This document shows, piece after piece, positions 48,938 to 59,622 of a stretch of 64,000 bases of DNA (its first letter is position 1; every line of letters begins with the position of its first letter). The position numbers were made by a program, and so were the translations under genes. The stretch comes from Candidatus Helarchaeota archaeon (GTDB lineage Archaea; Asgardarchaeota; Lokiarchaeia; Helarchaeales; RDOG01): assembly GCA_019058315.1 (NCBI GenBank), contig JAHPZH010000005.1:96001-160000 (forward strand), given 5' to 3'. Below the pieces are notes generated by a model. The model was not told the DNA's origin. It saw only the letters and a list, made by a program, of their open reading frames with translations, and ran no database searches.

Positions 48938-49219
48938 CTAATAGCAATTTTATCCTTCTTTATATAACTATGACTTGTAATTATGCTCATCAGACAATGA
49001 GAGTTAGCGACAACTTCCAACACCCATTAATATTCCTCGAAAAACATCTAAGGCTTTTTACAATTATCCTTCTATCCTCATTTCCAAGACAATTCTATCA
49101 GTGATCGCTTTATACAGTGCAAATACCAAATCTCTATTTTCTAAATCCCACATACTCAGCTTTGGTTCATATTTTTTAGCGGGCTACTTCCAATAAATCA
49201 TAATAATTAGCACTTTCAT
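48938..49219 (-). pseudogene. Decayed paralog of 45012-45371
   Basis: MKVLIIMIYWK*PAKKYEPKLSMWDLENRDLVFALYKAITDRIVLEMRIEG*L*KALDVFRGILMGVGSCR*LSLSDEHNYKS*LYKEG*NCY* aligns without gaps to MKVLLSSIDWEYPKEKYIPKPALWDLEDREWLLALYKSIADGIYLEMRIEGESQEALDVFRGILIGGGSCQQITLSDEQKKKLWLYKEGDECY. Confidence 0.9.
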
Positions 49220-49268
49220 TATTTTAACACATAAAATTATCAATTTCTCAATAAATTCCCTGATAAAA

Positions 49269-50477
49269 TTAATTAGGACCAAAATGTTTTAAAATGACTA
49301 AATTTTCAGTCTTACTTAGATTTGTAAAATTCACACCAGCTTTAGCTTTTTCATGTGAAATGAAATATTCATCATTTGTAATTTCCCCATACCTTATTTG
49401 TGTTGGAGTCTCTAATGGCAATTTATCAATTGTGCCATATCCTTGAATTGCAATTAGTCCATAAGCTGCATTTTCTTTATTTACAATGCTTTGACCTGGA
49501 AATACTGTAAGTCTTTTACCAGAAAACTCCTCCATTCCATAAATTATATTATGTTCTTCATAACCAATAGCATGCATTTCCTCAATTTTTTTCACAGGTT
49601 TTGGAGCACAGAAATGGTGCTCTTTAAAATTTGGATCTAGATTTGCTTCCCAATCGATTAAATCAACAATATAATCTAAATTTTCTTGTTTATCTTGTGG
49701 AACATCTTTTATTACAAGATTCCACTCAATTGAATTACCTGTAACGAGGGATTGAAACATTGCAAAGACATCACTAGCTTTCTGTATTTCATAAGTCACT
49801 AATGTTCCGGGTGCATGTAGAATTCCTGGGGGGATTGACCATCCTGTCCCCGGCTGTAATGCATATGCTTTTGAAAAATTTAAAATGCCGTTGTCTCCCT
49901 GATTCCAATTCGCTAAACACTTTTTAATATCTTCCCGGGTCGTTCCAGGCACAAATCCAAAAAATGTATATGGGAAGTTATTATAAGTAAAATTCAATTG
50001 TTCAGGAAAATAATACGCCTCAGGCTTTCCAAGTCTCCCAACATCTTTAGCTTTAATATCATCTTGATGAAGATGGAATGGTATTGGATTCATATTATCA
50101 AAAAATTTAGTTAAAACCATCCATCCCTTGTGTTTTTCTATAATATGTTTTCCAAGAATTTGATCACCTATAAGATCAATTGCTTCTTTTAGAAGAATTC
50201 TATTTTTTGGGGATTTAGGATCAATAATTATGTAACTTAATCCCTCATCTTCTGGTGTCCCCGGTCCATTATCAGCAATTGTAGTTGATGCAAGCCACCT
50301 TTCGTCGATTCCTCCTCGGTTTTTTCCAAGAGCATAGATATCCGAATTTACCAATTTTAATCTTCTTCCTGGGTTAAGAAATGCTCGTGGAACCCAAGTT
50401 GGACTTAAATGTAGAATTCCATCATTAGCCTTGAGATATTCCTTAAGTATTTTTTGTTTCCGGTTCATTTTATTCAC
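49269..50477 (-). CDS. Cupin-fold mannose-6-phosphate-isomerase (class I)-like protein
   Basis: ERWLAS, KFFD...PFHLHQ, GKPEAYYF, GILHAPG, YEIQKASD metal-binding pattern. Confidence 0.75.
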   Translation of the reverse strand: MNKMNRKQKILKEYLKANDGILHLSPTWVPRAFLNPGRRLKLVNSDIYALGKNRGGIDERWLASTTIADNGPGTPEDEGLSYIIIDPKSPKNRILLKEAIDLIGDQILGKHIIEKHKGWMVLTKFFDNMNPIPFHLHQDDIKAKDVGRLGKPEAYYFPEQLNFTYNNFPYTFFGFVPGTTREDIKKCLANWNQGDNGILNFSKAYALQPGTGWSIPPGILHAPGTLVTYEIQKASDVFAMFQSLVTGNSIEWNLVIKDVPQDKQENLDYIVDLIDWEANLDPNFKEHHFCAPKPVKKIEEMHAIGYEEHNIIYGMEEFSGKRLTVFPGQSIVNKENAAYGLIAIQGYGTIDKLPLETPTQIRYGEITNDEYFISHEKAKAGVNFTNLSKTENLVILKHFGPN

Positions 50478-50591
50478 AATAACACGTTAAAATACTAATT
50501 ATTAAATTACTTAAGAAAAATTTTCTAAATAAAATTATCAAATTTTTTTAATATTTTACTCGACGATAATAAAGAATTATCCTTTAAATGT

Positions 50592-50876
50592 ATGGCGACA
50601 AACATAACATATAACTTTGGCCGAGATGAAAAATTGGAAACCGATGAAAAAAAATTTGGAACTTTTGAGTTATATGAGGAAAATATTGAATCAATTAAAG
50701 AAAACTGGACCATAAATGATAAATATTTTTCTCCCGAAGTTGGTATTTTAAGTATGTTAATGTTATTAAATGATATCTTTTTGCAGCCACATATTCAATC
50801 CCTCGTAAATCAATTTTTAACAAAAAAATATAAAGAAATAATTTTGCTTTGCTATATTTTTAAACCTCAAATATAA
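50592..50876 (+). CDS. Hypothetical protein or gene fragment
   Basis: 94-aa ORF in an intergenic gap; no recognisable motif. Confidence 0.3.
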   Translation: MATNITYNFGRDEKLETDEKKFGTFELYEENIESIKENWTINDKYFSPEVGILSMLMLLNDIFLQPHIQSLVNQFLTKKYKEIILLCYIFKPQI

Positions 50877-50923
50877 TCGATTTTTTAAACTCCAGCGTCG
50901 GTTTCCAATTTTTCATCCAATTT

Positions 50924-53900
50924 TTAACTATTTTTATTATTTTCGAATCCGAATTTCCAATCTAATCGTTCCAAATATTCATTTAATGAGCTCACTGTAT
51001 ATCCTTTTCTTCTAATACTTTCTATTGCATCAACTAGAGCTATTGCTAATTGTAAATTCGTCAAAACAGGAATATTAAATTCTACAGCCATTCTTCTAAT
51101 ATCATATTCGTCGTTTATTACTTTAAGGTATTTTTCAACATTTTTAGTTGTAGGAATATTAATAATCATATCTAATTTGTTATTAGTAATATAATCCCTG
51201 ATATTTGGCTTTACTTCAGATTCTGAAAGTTTATGAAGGATTGTTACATCAATTTTATTCTTTTCAAGTACTTCAGCTGTATGATCAGTTGCAAAAATAT
51301 TGAAATTCAGTTTATGTAATTTTTGAACTAAGGGTAGGATTTGACGTTTTAATAATTCTCCTCCAACGGTAACTAATACGTTTCCTTTCTCTATTGGGAC
51401 TTCTAAATCGGTAGCAATCAGTCCTTTTAATAAAGCTTCATGAAATGTTTCACCATAACAAGCTGCCTCTCCAGTAGAAGCCATTTCAACTCCAAGAACT
51501 GGATCAGCACCACTTAGCCTCATGAAGGAAAACATGGGAACTTTTATTCCATAAAAATCTATTCCAGATGAAGGTTTATTATGGAAACCGGTTACCTCAT
51601 ATAATTTTTGTCCCAGCATTACTGTGGCTGCAAGTGTCATTAAATTAACACCCTTCGATTTAGAAACAAATGGCATTGAGCGAGATGAGCGAAGATTACA
51701 CTCAATGACATATACTTCATCATCCTTAACGAGGTATTGAATGTTAAATGGTCCCTTTATTTTTAGAGCTTTTGCGATTTGTCCAGTTTTTTTCCTAATT
51801 CTATTGTTTATCGCTATCGGAATAGTATAAGGAGGTATGGACATAGTGGCATCTCCTGAATGGACACCGGCATTTTCTATATGTTCTATCACAGCCCCAA
51901 TAAACACATCTTCGCCATCACATACTCCATCTACGTCAACCTCCCGTGCATCTTCCATATACTTACTAATTACTACTGGAAATTCTTTAGAAATCATTGC
52001 TGCTAAATCCAAATATTCTTTAAGTTGACTCTTAGAATAAGCAACTCGCATTGCAGCACCAGATAGTACATAAGATGGACGAACTAAAATAGGATATCCA
52101 ACTTCATTGGCAAACTTAAAAGCATCATCTTTAGTTGTAAGCTGGCTCCATTTTGGTTGTTTAATGCCTAACTCATCTAATAATTTACTAAATTTAGAAC
52201 GGTCCTCTGCTCTGTCGATATCCCTTCCTTCAGTCCCAATAACTTCTACCCTTCCAGTTCTATAAATTTGTTGAGTTGAAGCTAACTTTGGTGCCAAATT
52301 ATTCGAAACTTGACCTCCAACAGAAACCACAACACCCCTAGGATATTCTTTTTCATAAATATCTAAAACTCTTTCAAAATTAATTTCCTCAAAATATAAT
52401 TTGTCACTCATATCATAATCAGTTGACACGGTTTCAGGATTATAATTTATTATAATAACTTCTTTCATTCCTAAATCCCTAAAAGCCCAAGCAATATTTA
52501 CTGTTCCCCAATCGAATTCAACTGAGCTACCAATTCGGTAAGTACCACTTCCAAGTACTATAATCTTACTAAAATCTTGTTTATTAGTAAAAACTAAATC
52601 ATCTTCTTTGCCTCCATAAGTAGCATAAAGATAATTTGTTTGGGCAGGCCACTCGGCAGCTAAAGTATCTATTTGTTTTATAACGGGAGAACAATCTATT
52701 TTATTTCTTATCCTTCTAATAGTTATTTCATCAGTATTAAGACATATAGCAATTTGAACATCAGAAAAACCATATTTCTTTGCTTTCTGAATAGCCTTAT
52801 GTAATTCTTTAGGGGCTGAATGCAGACTAAGACTTTTCAACCATGCTTCAATATCAACAATATTTTTTATTTTGTAAAGGAACCATTTATCTATGCCAGT
52901 TAACTGAAAAATTTCATCAATACTCATTCCTGCTTTCATTGCATCTGGAATAATTAGAAATCTCTGGTCTGTCGGATTTATCAATATATCCTTTAATTCT
53001 TCTAATGAATAATCATAACCATCATTACATACCAGACCAATTTTACCAATTTCTAACATTCGGATTGCCTTTTGAAATGCCTCTTCGAAATTTCTACCAA
53101 TTGCCATAACTTCTCCGACACTCTTCATTTGCGTCCCTATCCGTCGACTGACTTTTCCAGTGAATTTCTGTAAATCCCACCGAGGTATTTTTACAACAAG
53201 ATAGTCCAATGCTGGCTCAAAACATGCTGTTGTAACATTTGTCACTCTGTTAATTAACTCTGGCAATGTATATCCTAAAGCTAATTTTGCAGCAATATAA
53301 GCTAGTGGATAACCTGTTGCTTTCGAAGCCAGAGCTGATGACCTTGATAATCTTGCATTAACTTCAATAGCTCGAAATTCAAATTCATCAGAAGGACCTG
53401 AATACATGCCATACTGAATATTGCATTCACCAACAATACCCAGTTCTCGTATAACCCTTATCGAGGCAGCCCGTAATTCGTGGTATTCTTTATTAGTAAG
53501 AGTTTGAGAAGGTGCAATAACAACACTTTCACCTGTATGAATCCCCATAGGGTCGAAATTTTCCATATTACATACCGTTATACAATTGTCTGCATAATCT
53601 CGGACTACTTCATACTCTATTTCTTGCCAGTACGGTCTTTCTAAATATTCTTCAATTAATACTTGATGAATCATGCTTTGAGCAAGACCCGTTCCTACAA
53701 TTTGTCTTAATTCATCCTCATCATGAGCAACTCCAGATCCTTTTCCTCCTAAAGTATACGCAACCCGTACCATAATTGGATATCCTATTTCGTCAGCAAT
53801 TTTTAAAGCTTCTTCCATGGAAGTAGCACTGCCACTCTTTGCTACTTCTACATTTGACTTTAACATGGCTTGTCTAAATAATTCCCTGTCTTCTGTTGCC

Positions 53901-54271
53901 TCAATTGCAGAAATAGGCGTACCAAGAACTTTAACACCATATTTTTTAAAGATTCCTTTTTGCTTTAGCTCTACACCTACATTTAAGGCAGTTTGACCAC
54001 CAAATGCTAACATTATAGAATCAGGTTTTTCCTTTTTAATTACTTCTTCAACAAATTCAACTGTAATTGGTAATAAATATACAGTACCAGCCAGTCGGGG
54101 ATCGGTCTGAATAGTTGCAATATTTGGATTAATTAGAATGCATTCAATGCCCTCTTCACGAACAGCCTTTACAGCTTGACTTCCACTATAATCAAATTCT
54201 CCAGCTTGACCGATTTTGATGGCTCCTGAACCCACGACCAGAACTTTCTTTACCCAATCAAATTTAGGCAT
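50924..54271 (-). CDS. carB: Carbamoyl-phosphate synthase large subunit
   Basis: GSGAIKIGQAGEFDYSGSQA, NPNIATIQTD, duplicated ATP-grasp domains, C-terminal MGS domain. Confidence 0.98.
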   Translation of the reverse strand: MPKFDWVKKVLVVGSGAIKIGQAGEFDYSGSQAVKAVREEGIECILINPNIATIQTDPRLAGTVYLLPITVEFVEEVIKKEKPDSIMLAFGGQTALNVGVELKQKGIFKKYGVKVLGTPISAIEATEDRELFRQAMLKSNVEVAKSGSATSMEEALKIADEIGYPIMVRVAYTLGGKGSGVAHDEDELRQIVGTGLAQSMIHQVLIEEYLERPYWQEIEYEVVRDYADNCITVCNMENFDPMGIHTGESVVIAPSQTLTNKEYHELRAASIRVIRELGIVGECNIQYGMYSGPSDEFEFRAIEVNARLSRSSALASKATGYPLAYIAAKLALGYTLPELINRVTNVTTACFEPALDYLVVKIPRWDLQKFTGKVSRRIGTQMKSVGEVMAIGRNFEEAFQKAIRMLEIGKIGLVCNDGYDYSLEELKDILINPTDQRFLIIPDAMKAGMSIDEIFQLTGIDKWFLYKIKNIVDIEAWLKSLSLHSAPKELHKAIQKAKKYGFSDVQIAICLNTDEITIRRIRNKIDCSPVIKQIDTLAAEWPAQTNYLYATYGGKEDDLVFTNKQDFSKIIVLGSGTYRIGSSVEFDWGTVNIAWAFRDLGMKEVIIINYNPETVSTDYDMSDKLYFEEINFERVLDIYEKEYPRGVVVSVGGQVSNNLAPKLASTQQIYRTGRVEVIGTEGRDIDRAEDRSKFSKLLDELGIKQPKWSQLTTKDDAFKFANEVGYPILVRPSYVLSGAAMRVAYSKSQLKEYLDLAAMISKEFPVVISKYMEDAREVDVDGVCDGEDVFIGAVIEHIENAGVHSGDATMSIPPYTIPIAINNRIRKKTGQIAKALKIKGPFNIQYLVKDDEVYVIECNLRSSRSMPFVSKSKGVNLMTLAATVMLGQKLYEVTGFHNKPSSGIDFYGIKVPMFSFMRLSGADPVLGVEMASTGEAACYGETFHEALLKGLIATDLEVPIEKGNVLVTVGGELLKRQILPLVQKLHKLNFNIFATDHTAEVLEKNKIDVTILHKLSESEVKPNIRDYITNNKLDMIINIPTTKNVEKYLKVINDEYDIRRMAVEFNIPVLTNLQLAIALVDAIESIRRKGYTVSSLNEYLERLDWKFGFENNKNS

Positions 54272-55490
54272 TTAGACTCCTCCGTAATTCTTTAATATAA
54301 TTATCAATTAGATATTCTGCGTCCACAGGTCCAGGAGTGTGTTCAGGATGAAATTGAACAGAATAAGCAAACTGCTTTTCATGTTTTATCCCTTCATTTG
54401 TTTTATCATTGGCATTCATAAACCAAAGTTTAAGACCTGTTCCTTTCATTGACTCATTATCTACAGAAAAACCATGATTTTGAGTGGTGATATAACATCT
54501 ATCAGTCTCCAAATCTATTGCTGGTTGATTTTGAGAACGATGACCATATTTTAATTTGAAAGTCTTAGCCCCCATAGATAGCGCAAAAAGTTGATTACCT
54601 AAACAAATTCCCATAAAGGGTAATTTTTCTTCTAATATTAGAGTTCTTAATGTTTCAATCGTTTTTACACATTTAGCAGGATCTCCTGGTCCATTTGTAC
54701 AAAAAAGACCATTAGGCTCATATTTTAAAATTTCATCAGCTGAAGCATCATATGGAAATCTGATTATATCTGCTCCATTTTTTAACAAGACTTTTAAAAT
54801 ATTAAATTTCATTCCAGTATCAATCAAAGCAACTTTAATCTTGGAATCATTTTCATAAATAATCGGTTCCTGAATTGATACTTCCTTAACTAAATCTCGA
54901 TCATTGGGATCTTCAACATGTTTTACTTCTTTTTTTAACGCTTCGATATCTGGTTCTTCTCCCTTCTCACAAACCTGAACAATTCCTAACATAACTCCAT
55001 GAACTCTTAATTTCTTTGTCAATGCTCTTGTATCAATTTCTTCAATACCTGGAATGTTTTCTTTTTTTAACCATTCATCTAAACTCATTTTACTTTCCCA
55101 ATGGTTAGGTCTCTTACAAAGTTCGTGGATTATTAGAGCTGTTGGTTTGATTCCGTTTTTTATTTTTATATCCTCGTATTTTGGGGCATCATCACCTGGT
55201 TTTATTATCGAAAAATCACTCTCAAAAAAATCAGGGATATTCCATTTATCTCTCTTATTAGGATCGGGTACACCATAATTACCAATTAAGGGATATGTTA
55301 AAGTTAAAATTTGACCTTGATATGATGGATCAGTTAAACTTTCTGGATATCCTACCATTCCAGTATTAAAAACAACCTCACCAGATATTTTTTTAGAAGC
55401 TCCGAAACCAATACCTTCGAAAACCGTACCATCGCTTAGAATTAATACGGCTTGCCTACTATTTGCATCTTCATCTAGCATACAAATCAT
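54264..55490 (-). CDS. carA: Carbamoyl-phosphate synthase small subunit
   Basis: GEVVFNTGMVGY.E.LTDPSY, NGPGDP, GICLGNQ, QNHGF, QFHPE. Confidence 0.98.
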   Translation of the reverse strand: MICMLDEDANSRQAVLILSDGTVFEGIGFGASKKISGEVVFNTGMVGYPESLTDPSYQGQILTLTYPLIGNYGVPDPNKRDKWNIPDFFESDFSIIKPGDDAPKYEDIKIKNGIKPTALIIHELCKRPNHWESKMSLDEWLKKENIPGIEEIDTRALTKKLRVHGVMLGIVQVCEKGEEPDIEALKKEVKHVEDPNDRDLVKEVSIQEPIIYENDSKIKVALIDTGMKFNILKVLLKNGADIIRFPYDASADEILKYEPNGLFCTNGPGDPAKCVKTIETLRTLILEEKLPFMGICLGNQLFALSMGAKTFKLKYGHRSQNQPAIDLETDRCYITTQNHGFSVDNESMKGTGLKLWFMNANDKTNEGIKHEKQFAYSVQFHPEHTPGPVDAEYLIDNYIKELRRSLNA

Positions 55491-55566
55491 TTTTAAAATG
55501 ATAATTTTTTAAAAAAAAGAATTCGTTATAGATAGAACTAATTTTATAATATAACGAATGATACTT

Positions 55567-56295
55567 CTATTCTAATTCTTCAGGAATAATAAAGCATTGG
55601 ACTGTTAATAGGCAAAATATTGTCATAAATGCTTGCCATTCATAAAATGGGGACGATAAATAAAATGGTGTAATTGGATTAGGGATAAAGCGACCAGTTC
55701 TATTAGTCGGAGCGAGAATTACCCATAATAATCCACAAATTAGGCAATATATTAAAAATGAAAGGTAAATAACTAATAAAATCTTAGAAAACGTAATGGT
55801 TTTGCCCTCTGATAGATTATTTTTTAACATTAGAATTGCAGAAAAAAATGACATAAGAAAAAACCCTAAAAAAATAAATCCTGCATTTATAAGATGGATA
55901 AGCTTAAATATACTCGGTTCATAAAAGTTTGGGATTAATCCAATGAGTATTGAGCCAATTGAATATGTAAAGAAAAGAAATGCTATTAACTTTGCGTCAA
56001 ACTTGTTTATTTTAGAATATTTTTTATATATATATTGGATGATAGGTAATGTTAAAATTCCCAATGAAATAAAACCTAAACTAAAAAAAATAAATCCAAT
56101 TGGGTTTTCTTCAGGCCACCCCAATCGGCTTATCATAGAAGTCGTCCAGTTATACGGATAAATCGGAATATAAGGGTATAATAATCTCGCCATAAATAAA
56201 AAAAATAGAAATGTTCCAATTATGAAGGGTACATAATAATACGTAAGACTTTTTTTTGAAATCATCCCTTGAAAAATTTCTTTTAATTTCGGCAT
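55567..56295 (-). CDS. Multi-pass membrane protein (DUF998/Frag1-like)
   Basis: YNWTTSMISRLG...NP, H..AG motifs; about 6 TM; ATG at 56295 sits 1 nt after the Rab stop, whereas the ORF-track start at 56448 overlaps the GTPase gene. Confidence 0.7.
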   Translation of the reverse strand: MPKLKEIFQGMISKKSLTYYYVPFIIGTFLFFLFMARLLYPYIPIYPYNWTTSMISRLGWPEENPIGFIFFSLGFISLGILTLPIIQYIYKKYSKINKFDAKLIAFLFFTYSIGSILIGLIPNFYEPSIFKLIHLINAGFIFLGFFLMSFFSAILMLKNNLSEGKTITFSKILLVIYLSFLIYCLICGLLWVILAPTNRTGRFIPNPITPFYLSSPFYEWQAFMTIFCLLTVQCFIIPEELE

Positions 56296-56296
56296 A

Positions 56297-56839
56297 TCAA
56301 ATTCCTTTATGTATTGATTTTTGCCAATATTCAAATGCAAGTTTAGCCAATTCATTAAAAGCCTCCTCCACACCTTGACCTTCTTTGGCTGATGTTTCAA
56401 TATAGGGACAAGGAACTTGGTCTGCAAAAGATTTTGCATCTTTTTCACGTATAGTCCTCATAATCTCCAGATCCACTTTATTTCCAATGAGAACTATGGG
56501 AATCCTCCCTGTAAAGCTCCAAAGATCCTTTATCCATTTAAGAATATTAGGACTGAATGTTGTATAACGAGTTAAATCAAAGACAACTAAAGCTCCTGAA
56601 GCTTCTTTATAAAATGCTTGGCGTATAAATTTAAATCTTTCTTGTCCTGCAATATCCCAAATGGAGAGAGTTATTTGATTCTCGCCATTATTGAGGGATA
56701 CATCCTTCACAAAGAGGTCACAACCTACAGTCATCTTATATTCCTTTTGAAAGACATCATTGACGAATCTTTTAATCATAGTGGTTTTTCCAACAGCTGC
56801 ATCCCCTATCAATAAAATTTTAAATTTATATCTTACCAT
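56297..56839 (-). CDS. Rab-like small GTPase
   Basis: FKILLIGDAAVGKTT, YKMTVGCD, IWDIAGQERF, GNKVDL, ETSAK; ATG at 56839; no C-terminal Cys. Confidence 0.93.
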   Translation of the reverse strand: MVRYKFKILLIGDAAVGKTTMIKRFVNDVFQKEYKMTVGCDLFVKDVSLNNGENQITLSIWDIAGQERFKFIRQAFYKEASGALVVFDLTRYTTFSPNILKWIKDLWSFTGRIPIVLIGNKVDLEIMRTIREKDAKSFADQVPCPYIETSAKEGQGVEEAFNELAKLAFEYWQKSIHKGI

Positions 56840-56855
56840 TTTAAATACTCGATTT

Positions 56856-58127
56856 TTATTTTTTCTTCGTTGAAAATGCAGCATAAGCTTTTAAATATAC
56901 TTTAACCGGGATTATTTTTGGATTACGTCTAAAACTAGCCGGAATTTGAGCACCACAGCGAGAACATAAATCAGAACTTCTAAGCCAATCTTTAAATGCG
57001 TCTGCATGGGCAGGATGTTTACAATTAGGGCATAAGATTATACCCCTTCCTTTATCTGAAGGTTTAGGTAATTGAAAACAGAATATGCATTTAAAATCCT
57101 CAACGGTTATTACTCCTGCTACTGGCAATAATTCTTTTAATTTTCGACTAATTTGAGGCTTTTTTTTCTGATCAGGCACTTGAACACGGGATTGCCTTTG
57201 AACTCTTGTAATTCGAACTGTGGGTTTTTGGCGACGAGGTCTTGATACAGTAACAGTGGGCTTTTGACTAGGGCGACGATTTGTTGGAATATTTGATCTT
57301 GGTCTAATAGGGGTTCTCCTTCGTGTAGTTGGGATATTAAAATCCCTTAATTGTGGAGGAGGTCTCATTTCTGTAGTTATCTCTGGCATAGTATAGGGTG
57401 CAGTTGATTTCCCATACCTAATTGATAAAATTAATGAATAAATACATAAGAAAATTACAATTAAACTAGGATTTTGGTGAGTAGGTTTCAATGGAAAATA
57501 AAAAAAGTCAATATAATAATAAAAAAGGATAAGATAGACAAATTCAACCATAAATATATAAAAAGTACATAGATTTCCAAACTTTCTACCAGTTGTCGAT
57601 TTTTGGCCTATATGGACTACGTGATATTTTTTAAAACATGAATATAGTGAATATAAAGAATAAAGAAAGTAGGGAGCGGCAAATATAATATTCCATGTAC
57701 TCAAATATAATTCGCTCCCAGTCAAGATATTCCATTCCAGAATATTAGTAAAATTACCCCACAAGCTAAATAACATTCCCATAGATAGCGTGCCGGAAAT
57801 GAAAAAAGAAGTATTATGTGGTGAATTGAATTCACGGTGGTATTTTATTAATGAGAAAAATTTGATAGTAAAACAAAACCAAAATCCTATCAATAACCAA
57901 GAAATAAACAGAGCGGAAACATTTCCGATAGCTCTATTAAATTCTAAAGAAAAATAAAGAATATATACAAACACATTTATTGTATTTAAATTGAAATAAT
58001 CATAAATTATCATAAAAGCTAGAAATGTGAGATAATCGTTCTTCGATACAATTAAAGAAGTGGTATTTATTACCGCAATTATTAAAAAAAGCAAAAATAT
58101 GATAAAATACCATCGTTTTTTAACCAA
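56856..58127 (-). CDS. Polytopic membrane protein with C-terminal RING-like finger (putative E3 ligase)
   Basis: About 7 TM helices, Arg/Pro-rich linker, CIFC...CPNCKHPAH...DWL...CSRC; inside the ubiquitin-like operon. Confidence 0.8.
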   Translation of the reverse strand: MVKKRWYFIIFLLFLIIAVINTTSLIVSKNDYLTFLAFMIIYDYFNLNTINVFVYILYFSLEFNRAIGNVSALFISWLLIGFWFCFTIKFFSLIKYHREFNSPHNTSFFISGTLSMGMLFSLWGNFTNILEWNILTGSELYLSTWNIIFAAPYFLYSLYSLYSCFKKYHVVHIGQKSTTGRKFGNLCTFYIFMVEFVYLILFYYYIDFFYFPLKPTHQNPSLIVIFLCIYSLILSIRYGKSTAPYTMPEITTEMRPPPQLRDFNIPTTRRRTPIRPRSNIPTNRRPSQKPTVTVSRPRRQKPTVRITRVQRQSRVQVPDQKKKPQISRKLKELLPVAGVITVEDFKCIFCFQLPKPSDKGRGIILCPNCKHPAHADAFKDWLRSSDLCSRCGAQIPASFRRNPKIIPVKVYLKAYAAFSTKKK

Positions 58128-58164
58128 GAAATAAATACCACCAGGGATTTATTAGCATTATCAT

Positions 58165-58968
58165 TTACTCTTCATCATATTCAAGATATATCGCTTTTCC
58201 CTCGATAATCGGGTCTATAAACTTCAGTAGATCGGGTAATATTTTAGCACTTAATGCACCTTTTACTTCGAAAGGAACAGCAAACCATTTTCTAGTTTTC
58301 AAGTTTGCCTTAAAAATATTAAATCCAAATGAAGTTCCATCAATCATGTATGGGTCAATTACAAGAGCAATAGATTTTTTCCATAGTCTTTGATATCTAC
58401 TTTGAGTACCAAAATCTTCTGTGCTCATAAAAAGACCGTAGGATGGGTGTGAATGATACCACCCACATATAAATAAATTTCTGTTTCTTATATCATTAAA
58501 TGCCCTTACGTAATTTTTATAGTCCTTAATTTCAGCATATATGGCCGAACCGTGCCCCATTGGATAGGCATCTTCTATATGGAGCGCTTTACCGTTTTCT
58601 AATTTTCCAGCTAAAAGCCCTATTACTTCAACCCATTCATCCCTAGGAATGTTAGAATTAGCATATTTAAGTGCATGACTAGCAATTTTTAGAACTGATC
58701 CGACTGAAATTTGGATAATATCTGCACTTTTTGAAACTTCGATAGGGAGCGGTTTTTCAACTGATTTTTCAATAATAACAGTCTTTTTCTTTGTAGGTTT
58801 AGAAATATCTATAGTAGGTTCCTTTTCCTCAGATTTTAATTCGGTATATATTTCCTCAAGTAACTCTTTTTTTAACTCTTCTTTAATTTTCTTTTTAAAT
58901 GCTCTTACATCAATATGCTTGCTATTAGCATCATTATTATTATCCATTAAAAATCCTCTTTTTACCAT
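58165..58968 (-). CDS. JAMM/MPN+ metalloisopeptidase (Rpn11/CSN5-like)
   Basis: VEVIGLLAG, GWYHSHPSYGLFMSTED..TQ, ALVIDP. Confidence 0.93.
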   Translation of the reverse strand: MVKRGFLMDNNNDANSKHIDVRAFKKKIKEELKKELLEEIYTELKSEEKEPTIDISKPTKKKTVIIEKSVEKPLPIEVSKSADIIQISVGSVLKIASHALKYANSNIPRDEWVEVIGLLAGKLENGKALHIEDAYPMGHGSAIYAEIKDYKNYVRAFNDIRNRNLFICGWYHSHPSYGLFMSTEDFGTQSRYQRLWKKSIALVIDPYMIDGTSFGFNIFKANLKTRKWFAVPFEVKGALSAKILPDLLKFIDPIIEGKAIYLEYDEE

Positions 58969-59489
58969 TTTTTATTAGCATACTTTTTAACTAAATGTTT
59001 TACTTTCTTATCGAACTCTTTAGGATCCTTCATCATTTCAACTGCTGCTTTTTTATTGAACACATCAGTTGGATTAATGAATTTTCCTCTCGTATTCAAC
59101 ATAGCTATAATTGCCTCTACAACAGTAACTGCAGTCTTTGAAGGACTCCAACCACCTTTTTTACCTATATAATTTGGATCAATAAGCGCAAGGCAAATAT
59201 TTCTTTGTCCTGGATATTCATGAGGTTTTGGCCAAAAATTGGGGTGCCATAAACCTGTATGCATACGTACAAATGGAGGATGTCGTGGATATTCAGCGGG
59301 AAATCTCAATTCAAGTCTAAAAAGACCTCCTTGATAGGGAGTTTTCTTAGGTCCTTTTATAGTTATGGCAAGATGATCAAGACTTTTTCTTTTAGGGTTG
59401 AATGGTTTTAACTGAACGATACTTCCAGTTTTTAATAATTTTTTTAGTTGTGCAACATCTTGAGAGATTCGACTGCTTCTTAAACTCAT
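58962..59489 (-). CDS. Ubiquitin-conjugating enzyme E2 (UBC)
   Basis: GPKKTPYQGGLF, FPAEYP..PP, WHPN...ICL catalytic Cys, WSPS. Confidence 0.93.
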   Translation of the reverse strand: MSLRSSRISQDVAQLKKLLKTGSIVQLKPFNPKRKSLDHLAITIKGPKKTPYQGGLFRLELRFPAEYPRHPPFVRMHTGLWHPNFWPKPHEYPGQRNICLALIDPNYIGKKGGWSPSKTAVTVVEAIIAMLNTRGKFINPTDVFNKKAAVEMMKDPKEFDKKVKHLVKKYANKKW

Positions 59490-59622
59490 TTTATCACCTT
59501 ATTTTTCTATTAAGATTTTCTAAATTATTTAAATTATTAAAAATTTTCATTAAATTTATAATTTGTTTTATATTTTCACCTAAATAATTCAAATAAAAAT
59601 TAAAATTATACATTTTTTCTCA

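Noticed and set aside
48938-49219. Stop-codon recoding or alternative genetic code explaining the in-frame stops
   Set aside because: The stops replace different residues (Y, E, Q, W, D, S), and TAA/TAG terminate normal genes throughout the window. Ordinary decay fits better.
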